Assembly (NCBI GenBank): GCA_964606765.1
Contig: CAZSIR010000004.1
Coordinates: 1-58,485, forward strand
Direction: 5' to 3'
DNA length: 58,485 bases
Origin: an uncultured Bordetella sp.
Lineage (GTDB): Bacteria > Pseudomonadota > Gammaproteobacteria > Burkholderiales > SG8-41
Both the position numbers and the translations under genes were made by a program. The notes under the pieces are model-generated. The model was not told the origin of the DNA. It saw only the letters and a list, made by a program, of their open reading frames with translations, and made no database searches. Each line of letters opens with the position of its first letter. Position 1 is the first letter of the stretch. Below, piece after piece: positions 10,801 to 18,442 of this stretch.

Positions 10801-12457
10801 CGTCGCTGCGGGTGCGGAAAGTGTAGTTCCCGGTCACCGGAGCCGTCACGAAACCCTGCCAGCGCACACTGAAATTATTGGCGCCGATGCCTGCAACACC
10901 AGGCGTCCCGGCCGCCCAGTCAAAATCGACCGGTCCGTCGATGCGCAAAAATGCATTGCCCGTCAGGTTCATCTGGTCGAAATACGTGCCGCGCAACCCC
11001 GGCAGATAGCCGATCTCGGCAAAAAACGTGGTCTGTGAATTGGCTGCAATCACGCCACCAGCCGTGGACATGACATTGTTGACGGTCAGCGTAAAGGACT
11101 GCGCCGGCAGTGTACTGGTGGTCAGTGTGACGGTCTGTCCGTCGACCCCGAGCACGGCTGAGGATATTGTGGCGCCGCCGCTCAAGGCGTAATTTGCCGT
11201 GTTCTGCGCTGTCGCGGGGGTCACCGGCAGGGAGAAAAACACCTCCACCTGGTTGGTGGTCCCGCATGCCAGATTCGCCGAGACCAGCACCGGCGGCGGC
11301 CGTGTGTAGTACACCGTGATCTGGATCTGGTCCACCGTCACCGTATGCGCGCCGCCCGCCGCGCTCGGCTTGGTTGCCGTGAACACCGCACCGAAATTCG
11401 CATTATTGATGTCGGCCGGAGTCCAGGTCGTGCCCCAGAGATCCGTCGGACTGCCGTGTATTTCAACCGTGTCGGTAGTCGTGTAGGTGGTTCCCGTGGC
11501 CCGGTTTGCACCGACCGCCGTGCCCGCCTTGACCAGGTTCAGCGAATTGTCCCGGCTGCCGCCATTGTTGGTGCTGTTCGATTTTCGTTCGACACGCACT
11601 TCAATGCCGTCAATGACCGCACCCGAAGGAATGTTAAACCCGTAGTTCACGCACTGCAGGGGGTCCGAGACAGTACCGTCCACGCTGACCGAGGCATAGG
11701 CATTGTTGCTCGATTCAGCCAGTTCCGGTGTCGTCCAATTGGCCCCGGCACCGCCAAGACTGCTGCAGTTAACCTGGCTTTGTGTTTGCGACGATGTATC
11801 GTAATAAACGGTGATCTGAATCTGGTCCACCGTCACCGTATGCGCGCCGCCCGCCGCGCTCGGCTTGGTTGCCGTGAACACCGCACCGAAATTCGCGTTG
11901 TTGATGTCGGCCGGCGTCCAGGTCGTACCCCAGAGATCGGTCGGACTGCCGTGCGTTTCAACCGTGTCCGTGGTTGTGTAGGTGGTCCCCGTGGCCCGGT
12001 TTGCACCGACCGCCGTGCCCGCCTTGACCAGATTCAGCGAGTTGTCCCGGCTGCCGCCATTGTTGGTATTACTCGCTTTCCGTTCAACACGCACCTCAAT
12101 GCCGACAATGGTGGCCGTTGCCGGAATATCAAAACCGTAGTTCGTGCATTGCAGCGGATCCGTGACTGTGCCATCCACACTGGCTGAGGCATACACATTG
12201 TTGCTGGATTCCGCCGATTCAGGCGAGGCCCAGTTGGCGCCGGGGCCCCCGAGACTGACACAGGCCGCTTGCATGTAGGTTTGTGATGCGGCATATGCAT
12301 TCGCATGCAATGTCAGCCCGACCAACACCAGCATCAATGCAGCCAATGGCCTTTTCGCGACATCGCCCAAGAAACGACGCATGCAGTCCCGCATTAATTG
12401 CAGGGCATTGCAACCATCTTTGTAAAATTCCTTCAAATATTTGATTTTATTAATCAT
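7814..12457 (-). CDS. mshQ: giant MshQ-like pilus-associated adhesin, paralog 1 (2 x 165-aa repeat, Ig-like, PA14, LamG, MshQ C-terminal core)
   Basis: 1547 aa. Hydrophobic signal-like segment RPLAALMLVLVGLTLHANAYA. PA14 signature (GLRGTYFDQ...FSVRWQGFV...GNYTFRTRSDDGVRLYVDG...AQLSWSGP). LamG/ConA-like signature (LDGSSRYIQI...LAFWIRTT...LWRHVVLTRD...RIYVDG...GQLDEVRIYNQVLTDSEV). The C-terminal ~700 aa are colinear with the neighbouring paralog and end in CPAFAPAATAG..LRGQWCG..RARFGI..IYMRENY. It occupies the last position of the mshE-Q operon. The start could also be Met22 (12394) or Met26 (12382). Confidence 0.8.
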   Translation of the reverse strand: MINKIKYLKEFYKDGCNALQLMRDCMRRFLGDVAKRPLAALMLVLVGLTLHANAYAASQTYMQAACVSLGGPGANWASPESAESSNNVYASASVDGTVTDPLQCTNYGFDIPATATIVGIEVRVERKASNTNNGGSRDNSLNLVKAGTAVGANRATGTTYTTTDTVETHGSPTDLWGTTWTPADINNANFGAVFTATKPSAAGGAHTVTVDQIQITVYYDTSSQTQSQVNCSSLGGAGANWTTPELAESSNNAYASVSVDGTVSDPLQCVNYGFNIPSGAVIDGIEVRVERKSNSTNNGGSRDNSLNLVKAGTAVGANRATGTTYTTTDTVEIHGSPTDLWGTTWTPADINNANFGAVFTATKPSAAGGAHTVTVDQIQITVYYTRPPPVLVSANLACGTTNQVEVFFSLPVTPATAQNTANYALSGGATISSAVLGVDGQTVTLTTSTLPAQSFTLTVNNVMSTAGGVIAANSQTTFFAEIGYLPGLRGTYFDQMNLTGNAFLRIDGPVDFDWAAGTPGVAGIGANNFSVRWQGFVTAPVTGNYTFRTRSDDGVRLYVDGNLVINNWTDHSATNDDSAAIALTAGQRYPVIMEFYENGGDAVAQLSWSGPSTGGFQFIPQSALSYCGGTLPVPRAYYKLDEATWSAAGDVADSSGNGLNGTAQGGATPVPAQVCNGAQLDGSSRYIQINGLSNELNATASLAFWIRTTQTGNDTAWQAPGVTGVEQSGGGDDIFWGFLDSTGHIGVQKGDGTSVKSAAAINNGLWRHVVLTRDSTTGAARIYVDGALSASGTVDTGVVGTAFASLGRVEVSGAGTIRYLNGQLDEVRIYNQVLTDSEVIAIRDITRPCAIAFSHVRIEHNGTGLTCEPATVTVKACADASCSTQYTGSVTTTLSPTGWLGGDTISFSGGMTTAQLRKTTAGAVVLGAGTTSPAPSSATLCFNGGIETCSLDFQSTGFAFSAVPTQTAGTVSGSQTLRAIRADPVTGVCTGLFNGDVNVELAFQCVNPAACQTGQQVTINNNGSTAIAANPGSGVSTWTAKSMTFGADSTANFTLNYPDVGSLRLSARHNINGSGDYMAGVSNNFVVKPAGFTVTGIRRTADNGANPGAADAGGAAFIKAGESMTLTATAVNAQGNPTPNFGKETTAEGVRLTTALATGLGLTSNPVLGNGTIAGGLFSNGAATVTNVTWGEVGIITITPGVGDGDYLGVGDVTGTTSGNVGRFTPHHFDVSANTPLFATACTAGAFTYVGQRFNYASGMEPVLTVTARNLAGGTTQNYKGTTPASEAFFKITTGSLTGKAYSAASGTLDASTVTAPDPAIVANGDGTGTLTFNSGTGILFVRSTPVAPFNAEISLAINVIDTDSVAYSTNPARFGQASAGNGIAFSTGKAMRFGRLRLTGASGSQQLPLKVPFETQFWTGTFFATNTLDTCTTVGTGNVGLGNYIGNLNAGETTVTAVSALSAGRGTISLSAPGAGNNGSVDLAVNLGTGAAAAACPAFAPAATAGSLAHLRGQWCGAAHDKDPSSRARFGIRAGTDQRIYMRENY
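11288..12277 (-). repeat. in-frame tandem duplication, 2 x 495 bp (2 x 165 aa), inside mshQ paralog 1
   Basis: The same DNA string (gatctg(a/g)atctggtccaccgtcaccgtatgcgcgccgcccgccgcgctcggcttggttgccgtgaacaccgcaccgaaattcgc) occurs at 11318 and 11813, an offset of 495 nt. Protein aa 66-219 and 231-384 align without gaps. Confidence 0.95.
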
Positions 12458-12590
12458 TTTTATATTGGCCCGATGGCGGCATTTAATACCCCGCTACAGC
12501 CGAATCCGCAAAAACCCGCTGCCTCAGTTCTGCAGATTTCCGGCCCCTGCTATTTCAGAACAGCGGGCGCCGGCATCGTTCCATCGAATT

Positions 12591-15500
12591 TCAGTTGGTG
12601 TTCTCTCGCGTGTAAATCGATTCGTCATTGCTGCGATTGATGCCGAATCGCGCGCGCGCCACCGGATCGCGGGTCGCCGTCGTGCCGCACCACTTGCCGC
12701 GCAGATAGGCCTTGTTGCCGGCCGTCGCCGTCGGCGCAAACGCCGGGCATGCGTTCGCGGTGGCTGCGCCGCCAAGATTGACCGCGACATCCACGCTGCC
12801 GTTGTTGCCCGCGCCCGGCGCGCTGAGACGTATCGCCGTACGACCGGCCTGCAGGGTGCCGGTCGTGACCGTTGCAGTGGTTTCTCCGGCATTGAGATTG
12901 GTCAGGTAATTGCCCAGGCCGACATTGCCCGCAGCCAGCGGTGTGCAGCTGTCATCGACATTGGTGATCCAGAACGTGCCGTTCCAGTATTGCGCCTCGA
13001 CCGGCATGTTGAGCGGCAGCAGCTGCGAGCCGCTGACGCCGCCCAGCCGCAGGCGGCCATAACGCAGCTGCGTCGTCGGTCCGGTGATCGTGTGGTCATT
13101 GACGGCATTGTTGTCGACATCCAGGTCATAAACCGTCGTATACGCCGTCATCAATACGCCATCCGCGTCCGTCGGCGCGATGCCGAACTGAATCTGCGCA
13201 TACGGGCCGTCGGGCGGATCGTCTGGTGTGGGACGGCCGACCGTCACGCGCGCCGCATTGTTGCCGGTCACGCTCAGCACGCCATTGGCCCATGCCGGTG
13301 CAGCGACGGCATAGCCGCCGCTCACGCGCGCCGTCAGCGCCGCGAACGGCGCGACATTGCGCGCGCCGATATCGAAAGCCGTCCTGGCATTGTTCGTACC
13401 CGACGCCGTGGGGTCATGTCTGGCATAGCTGCCGGTGTAATTCTGCGTCGTTACGCCCTGCGAATTCAGCGCGGTCAGCGTGAAAGCCAGTGTCAGCGCC
13501 TCGTCCATGTAGGTAAAACCGGATGCCGGCGTGCAGGCGGCCACCGCGCGGTTGGTCAGTGCAGCCCCCGACACCGCAAAACGCCTGGGCCTGAAACGGC
13601 CGACATAACCCCCGCTGCCTGCGCCGTCAAAGCCGCTGTTGCCGGTGATGTTGACGCCGGCGGTGATGTAGTTGGTGACATTCGCAGCCAGGATGACGTT
13701 GCCGGCCTCGCTGTAGCACCAGTCGGTCGGCGTGGCCGTGCCGCCGCTCAGGGCCACGGTTCCCGCGCTGCTGCACAGCGGCGCCGATCCGGCAGGCAAT
13801 GCCGGTGGAGCGCCGCGCGATACAGTCCCCAGCGCCGTACCCGGCAGGTTGGCACTGGGCGTGACCGTGACCGTCGCCGCAAAGTTCGGCACGGTGCCGT
13901 TGTCGGTGATGTTGACACCGGCATCCGGGATGCCGTCATTGTCGGCGTCTTCGCCCGACGCCCATTGAAACGCCGCAACGGTCATCGTGAAATTGTCGCC
14001 GGCCGGAACCAGCACGGCGCCGGTCGCCGTGTTCGAATGCGCAATCGGCGTGGCGATGTTGGCGCCGCGGAACGCCAGGCCGAAGGGTCGCACCACGAAC
14101 AGGTTCGAGGAACCGGCCATCTCGTATCCGGCCACCGCGGCATCGAGGTCATAACGCGCATGCAGCGAAATCTGCCCGGCGTCCGGATAGCTGATGACGA
14201 TGTCGGCTTCGGAATTGGCATTGAACAGCAGCGGCACGCCGCCACCGGTGGCGTAGTAGGACGCGGCGCCAGAGGCCGCATTGTCATTGCTCGTCGGCAG
14301 TGCCGTGGTGACGGCATTGTTGGTGATGCTGACCTGTCGCGCGGCGCAGCTGCCGGGGCTGTTGCATTCCGCGCCCATCTCGACATTGCGCGTCCCTGCC
14401 GCGGGAAATCCGGCAACGCAGGCCAGGCTTGCGGTGTCGGTGCGTATCGCCTGCAGGCGCAGTGTCTTGGCATTGAAGCCGGTATTCGACGGTTTGCCCG
14501 AGATTTGCGTCGGTATCACATCGTTGCCGTCGGTGATGTTGCGGAAACGGAAACCGGCCTGCGCCATCGTGAACGAAGGATCGTCGGCGGCAATCGCCGC
14601 CCCCGAAGTCTCGCTCAGCACGCCGCTGACCGCATTGAAGCCGAAGGTTTCCGAGCTTGTCGCGAGATTTGCATAACGGAAGGACAGATCCACCGAAGTC
14701 GAACCTGCTGCAAACGTATAGGTCGCCAGGCCGCTGCCGGCCACGCCCGGCGTCAGCGTGCCGCCGCCGGAAAGGATGCCGATCCAGCTGCCCTTGCCGT
14801 TGGTGGTCGACAGATTGAGGGTCAGGCCATTGGCGCTTACCGGCGCATGCGTCGCACTGTGCGCGGTGATGGTGATGGTGTGCGTGTCGCAGGCCACGCC
14901 GCTGTTGGCATGGGTGATCGAAAAATGGTTGATGCCGGGACGCAGCGCAAGAATATGGGTGGCGCCGGTATCACTGGCCGGCGGGTTGGAGTGTGTAGCC
15001 GTGCGTATGCCGGTTGCGCCTGCGGCCGCGCGCAATTCGTAATTCACTTCCATGGATATGCCGAGATCATTGGTCGGTGTCTCGGAAGACCTGTCCGCAG
15101 CCTCGGTCATGCCGGCAGGCGGCGTCCAGGTCGCGCCTGAGTTGGCCGAGTGCGAAGACACCAGCATGGTGTTGGCCACCGTTCCGGTATTGATGTCCGG
15201 CGTGGCATGGGTGTACGCAACACCCGTCGCCTGTCCGTTCTCGACCACGATCGGATTGGTCGTGTCGACGCCGGAGAAACTCGTAATGACCCCCACCGCA
15301 CCCGCATGCACCGGTGTGCCGCCAAAGGTCCAGGTATAACTCGCAGGTTCGCTGCCAGTCGCCACCCGCCGGTAAACCGCCAGGCGGTTGCCAAAGCCGC
15401 CGGTACCGCCGCCACCGGTCTGTTCAATCAGACGGATCAAAGTCCAGCCCGCCGGCGGCGTCAGCGTGACGGTGCAGGCGCCGCCGTTGGTATTGCTGCA

Positions 15501-16442
15501 GGGGCGCACGGTAATGCTGGCAATCATCACGTCATCCGTGATCGTGCCTGCGGGCACGTTGACGGTCAGACTGTCCGGCACAAACGGGGTCGGGCGCAAG
15601 GCGAAGGTGATGCCGGCCCAGGAGTCGTTCTGGTTCGCGTTCTGCCGCCACTGCAGCATGCTGACCAGGCCCGCCGTGGCCTGATTTTCATCCGCAAGCC
15701 CCACGGCATGGTCGCCGCCCGTGGTGGAATCGTAGGCAGTACCGCTCATGCGCGCAGTAAATCCATTGGCGGTATTGATGATCAGCGCATTGTCGTCGCT
15801 GCTTGCCACAGCGGACACCGCCCACGCACCGTTGGTCACCGTGGTTATGGCCGGGGGCGTCCAGTCGCGCACTGCAGCTGAGTTGCCGGTCACATCAGCA
15901 ACATCGAACGGCGTCGTGGCATCCACGCCCCGCCATACCGCAATCTGTCCAGACATGCCGGCTGCCCCACCCTGCCAGGTGGCCGGCAGCGTTACAGTCG
16001 GGTTGGCATCGCCGCCGGCAAGAAACCGGTAGAACGTCATGACCTTCAGGTCGTTGGCGCCCACCTCGCGCAGCGAAGAACTGCGAAGGGTCCACCCCGT
16101 TGGCGCAGCCGGCTCAGCAGTATTCGTCGGCCGCCCCGCAACGATGAGCACGGCAAAATCGCCAGCCGCTGTGCCGCCCGGAATGGCGGGCGTTATGCTG
16201 GCTCCGGTACCTATGGTCTGCGCACCCGCCGCCACAAAAGTAATCGCGCCGCCACTGCCGCCGGTGCCCGCAACAGAAATGGCATTGGCCGCAGCGCGAA
16301 ATCCGATTTGTGACTGCGCCGGCAACGCAAGCAACATTCCACAGCACAACAGAAAATATCCGAGACTCTCCCGCAGAATATTGCCTCTCGCGAAAAAATT
16401 ATATAAGTATATGATTTTAAATAATTTTTTCACGATCCGCAC
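12591..16442 (-). CDS. mshQ: giant MshQ-like pilus-associated adhesin, paralog 2 (two divergent ~215-aa N-terminal repeats plus MshQ C-terminal core)
   Basis: 1283 aa. GTG start overlapping the mshP stop by 13 nt. The C-terminal ~780 aa are colinear with paralog 1 and end in CPAFAPTATAG..LRGKWCG..RARFGI..IYTRENTN. The N-terminal aa 66-284 and 291-502 are internal repeats sharing P.GWTL, (Y)R..(A).G, GVD.T.P and ALRP landmarks. Confidence 0.8.
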   Translation of the reverse strand: MRIVKKLFKIIYLYNFFARGNILRESLGYFLLCCGMLLALPAQSQIGFRAAANAISVAGTGGSGGAITFVAAGAQTIGTGASITPAIPGGTAAGDFAVLIVAGRPTNTAEPAAPTGWTLRSSSLREVGANDLKVMTFYRFLAGGDANPTVTLPATWQGGAAGMSGQIAVWRGVDATTPFDVADVTGNSAAVRDWTPPAITTVTNGAWAVSAVASSDDNALIINTANGFTARMSGTAYDSTTGGDHAVGLADENQATAGLVSMLQWRQNANQNDSWAGITFALRPTPFVPDSLTVNVPAGTITDDVMIASITVRPCSNTNGGACTVTLTPPAGWTLIRLIEQTGGGGTGGFGNRLAVYRRVATGSEPASYTWTFGGTPVHAGAVGVITSFSGVDTTNPIVVENGQATGVAYTHATPDINTGTVANTMLVSSHSANSGATWTPPAGMTEAADRSSETPTNDLGISMEVNYELRAAAGATGIRTATHSNPPASDTGATHILALRPGINHFSITHANSGVACDTHTITITAHSATHAPVSANGLTLNLSTTNGKGSWIGILSGGGTLTPGVAGSGLATYTFAAGSTSVDLSFRYANLATSSETFGFNAVSGVLSETSGAAIAADDPSFTMAQAGFRFRNITDGNDVIPTQISGKPSNTGFNAKTLRLQAIRTDTASLACVAGFPAAGTRNVEMGAECNSPGSCAARQVSITNNAVTTALPTSNDNAASGAASYYATGGGVPLLFNANSEADIVISYPDAGQISLHARYDLDAAVAGYEMAGSSNLFVVRPFGLAFRGANIATPIAHSNTATGAVLVPAGDNFTMTVAAFQWASGEDADNDGIPDAGVNITDNGTVPNFAATVTVTPSANLPGTALGTVSRGAPPALPAGSAPLCSSAGTVALSGGTATPTDWCYSEAGNVILAANVTNYITAGVNITGNSGFDGAGSGGYVGRFRPRRFAVSGAALTNRAVAACTPASGFTYMDEALTLAFTLTALNSQGVTTQNYTGSYARHDPTASGTNNARTAFDIGARNVAPFAALTARVSGGYAVAAPAWANGVLSVTGNNAARVTVGRPTPDDPPDGPYAQIQFGIAPTDADGVLMTAYTTVYDLDVDNNAVNDHTITGPTTQLRYGRLRLGGVSGSQLLPLNMPVEAQYWNGTFWITNVDDSCTPLAAGNVGLGNYLTNLNAGETTATVTTGTLQAGRTAIRLSAPGAGNNGSVDVAVNLGGAATANACPAFAPTATAGNKAYLRGKWCGTTATRDPVARARFGINRSNDESIYTRENTN

Positions 16443-16972
16443 TCATAACGCGGTGCCGCTGCAGTGGGGTCCTTGCATTTCGCCACCGTGACCACCACGC
16501 GCCGCTCGACATAACCAGTGGGCGGTACGGTCGGCGCCGCCACGCAGGCTCCCTGATTGCAGGCTGTCGCAGTGATTTCATAAATATGGATGTTGCGGTT
16601 GGCTTCGGTCGTGATGCTTTCGTTGCAGCCGATGGTCACCGAGAACCCCGTCAATGAGCCTGCCATCGCGGCGGTGTTGATCACACCCGTGGGACAGGCA
16701 GCGAAGGCAGCGGCGCCCGGCGCAATCACATTGTCGGGATCCAGCGCGCGGTAAATCGCCCAGTTGATCCCGGCGCGCGCCGCGTAATACGCGCGCACGC
16801 CGAGCACATCGTTCTGCACGGTGTTCTGCTGCAGGCCGGTGAACTTCACCATGAAAGCGCCCAGCGCCGACAGCACGACCAGCAGGAAGATGCCGGTGAC
16901 GATGCTGAAGCCGCGCATGCGCTTCGACATTGCGCCTGCAGCACCTGCGCCCGGGAGTCGCGTAATGATCAT
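16430..16972 (-). CDS. mshP: MSHA biogenesis protein MshP
   Basis: 180 aa with N-terminal hydrophobic segment MRGFSIVTGIFLLVVLSALGAF. The ATG at 16972 forms an ATGA overlap with the mshO stop. An alternative start is MSKRMRGF at 16930. Position between mshO and mshQ. Confidence 0.7.
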   Translation of the reverse strand: MIITRLPGAGAAGAMSKRMRGFSIVTGIFLLVVLSALGAFMVKFTGLQQNTVQNDVLGVRAYYAARAGINWAIYRALDPDNVIAPGAAAFAACPTGVINTAAMAGSLTGFSVTIGCNESITTEANRNIHIYEITATACNQGACVAAPTVPPTGYVERRVVVTVAKCKDPTAAAPRYECGS

Positions 16973-17790
16973 GGCGAATTGCTCACCTGCGCCTGCTGAA
17001 AGAGGCGCACACGCTCAACCCCGCCGGGCACGGCACTGGTGATCGGCAGAATGATCGACACCGTTGAAATGCGCTCGCTCAATGCGCCGGGGGCATAAAC
17101 AAACTGGCAACTGTCGGTGCCGCTGGTCTCGACGTTGGAGGCCAGCACCGCCGTGGTGGCGCCCGCCGGCGGCGCCACCTGCGCAGTGCTGTAGCCATAA
17201 CCCGAATAGCGGATCAGCTGGCCGTTGGTGCAGCCGTAGGTAACCGGCCCCGTGACCACATGAAAGCGCTTGGCGGGGGACGGTTCGGGAAACTGCTTGG
17301 CCGTTATGTTGATGGTCGGCGCTGCAACGCTGGAAAACGCCGTGCGGTTGTCACCGGAATAGGCATTGGAGGTCGTGCCCGTGCTGTAGAGGTTGTACAC
17401 CACGATCTGATTACCCGCCGCCAGGATCGGCACCGGCCCGAGCACATCGAATTGCGCATCGGCAATGCTGAAATCCAGGATATTGCCCAGGCCGCCGCTG
17501 TCGAGTTCGGCGCGGTAACGCCCGCCGCCGCTGGTCTCGATATATTCGACAAACTTGCCGCTGCCATCCACCCGCACGCTGTTGGGCAGCGCCAGCCGCA
17601 GATCGCGCGTGATCCGCCGCAGGGCGGTATCTGCTGCATCGCTCAGCGCAGCACGGCGTGCGGCATCGGCATAACCTTCGACCGGCCTGCGGATGAACAA
17701 GGCCGTCGCCGCCGCAACGATGGAAGTGATGGCGATCACCACGATCAGTTCGACCAGCGTCACGCCGGCGTCTTTTCGCATCATGCTCAT
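16969..17790 (-). CDS. mshO: MSHA minor pilin-like protein MshO
   Basis: ORF 16969..17814 trimmed to [21 protein letters not shown] (prepilin-type N-terminal methylation motif). The start lies 1 nt after the mshD stop. The upstream ATG at 17814 is also possible. Confidence 0.7.
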   Translation of the reverse strand: MSMMRKDAGVTLVELIVVIAITSIVAAATALFIRRPVEGYADAARRAALSDAADTALRRITRDLRLALPNSVRVDGSGKFVEYIETSGGGRYRAELDSGGLGNILDFSIADAQFDVLGPVPILAAGNQIVVYNLYSTGTTSNAYSGDNRTAFSSVAAPTINITAKQFPEPSPAKRFHVVTGPVTYGCTNGQLIRYSGYGYSTAQVAPPAGATTAVLASNVETSGTDSCQFVYAPGALSERISTVSIILPITSAVPGGVERVRLFQQAQVSNSP

Positions 17791-17791
17791 A

Positions 17792-18442
17792 TCAGGGCAG
17801 GGCATTGGGCGCATAGCGGGTGCGATAACCGTCCAGGACCACCGTGGTGCCGGGACCAGTCACCGTCACTGTCACGCGCAGGGACAGCGGCCGGCCATTG
17901 GCATCCGTCGCCGCGACGGTGGCGCTGGTGGCTGTCAAAGCGGCCGGCGCCACCGCGACCGCGACGTTGTACAAGCCCAGCCCGCCGATGGCTGCGCCGT
18001 CCACGCTGCTCGGCACGCCCGCCGCGAGACTGCTGTAATCATTGACATTGTCGTACGGCGTCGTGCCGCTGCCGCGGGTTTCGCCTTCGGCCCCCATGCC
18101 TTCCAGGGTAGCGGCACAGCGTGTCGGATCAGCGGCATTCACGGGGCCGGTCGATTGCGCAGTCGCCGCGTTGGCGTCATCCGGATCACAATAGGTGAAG
18201 GGCATCGCCAGCACTTCCTCGAGATAGGCCTCGGCAATCGCCAGCGCCTGCTTTTGCACCAGCGGATCGGCGCTGGCGCGGGTCATGTAATTCATCACGC
18301 CGAGTATGCCGGCGAGGCCGACGCTGATGATGCCGATGAATACGACCAGCTCCACCAGCGTAAAACCGCAACGCCGCCTGCTGGCACGCACGGCGCCTGT
18401 GACGGCCGGCAAATTCGCTGCGATTTCAGTTGGCCGCGACAT
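17792..18442 (-). CDS. mshD: MSHA minor pilin MshD
   Basis: ORF 17792..18547 trimmed to the Met at 18442. Prepilin motif RRRCG/FTLVELVVFIGI. The leader would be unusually long (26 aa), and an internal GTG at 18391 is an alternative start. Confidence 0.65.
   Translation of the reverse strand: MSRPTEIAANLPAVTGAVRASRRRCGFTLVELVVFIGIISVGLAGILGVMNYMTRASADPLVQKQALAIAEAYLEEVLAMPFTYCDPDDANAATAQSTGPVNAADPTRCAATLEGMGAEGETRGSGTTPYDNVNDYSSLAAGVPSSVDGAAIGGLGLYNVAVAVAPAALTATSATVAATDANGRPLSLRVTVTVTGPGTTVVLDGYRTRYAPNALP

Noticed and set aside
12500-12560. Hairpin (GCCCGCTG...CAGGGGC) between the two mshQ paralogs as a terminator.
   Set aside because: The stem has only 7 bp with a bulge and an 11-nt loop, and no T tract follows on the minus strand.
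7814-13030. Homologous 3' ends of the two mshQ genes as direct-repeat substrates for recombination, cassette switching or deletion.
   Set aside because: By hand alignment the DNA identity is patchy (roughly two thirds), and the longest exact runs are only about 12-20 nt. This is too short and divergent to argue for active homologous recombination.
12441-15140. 899-aa plus-strand ORF, the longest of several long ORFs antisense to real genes. Others are 7895-9538, 9962-11038, 2411-3559, 29224-30693, 32080-33345, 54880-56184 and 56718-58277.
   Set aside because: These ORFs are Arg/Ala/Gly/Pro-rich low-complexity translations with no motifs, and they lie exactly opposite ORFs with clear family signatures (mshQ, mshM, gpmI, ctp, uvrD, leuS). 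Such open antisense frames are expected in GC-rich DNA.
16368-16442. The AT-rich 5' patches of both mshQ genes as purely non-coding promoter DNA, with the true starts further downstream.
   Set aside because: The two patches align at the peptide level (KIxYLxxFxxxG.N.L..R[ED]) with synonymous codon differences. Q2 also has no downstream Met before the hydrophobic segment. A dual coding and regulatory role is not excluded.
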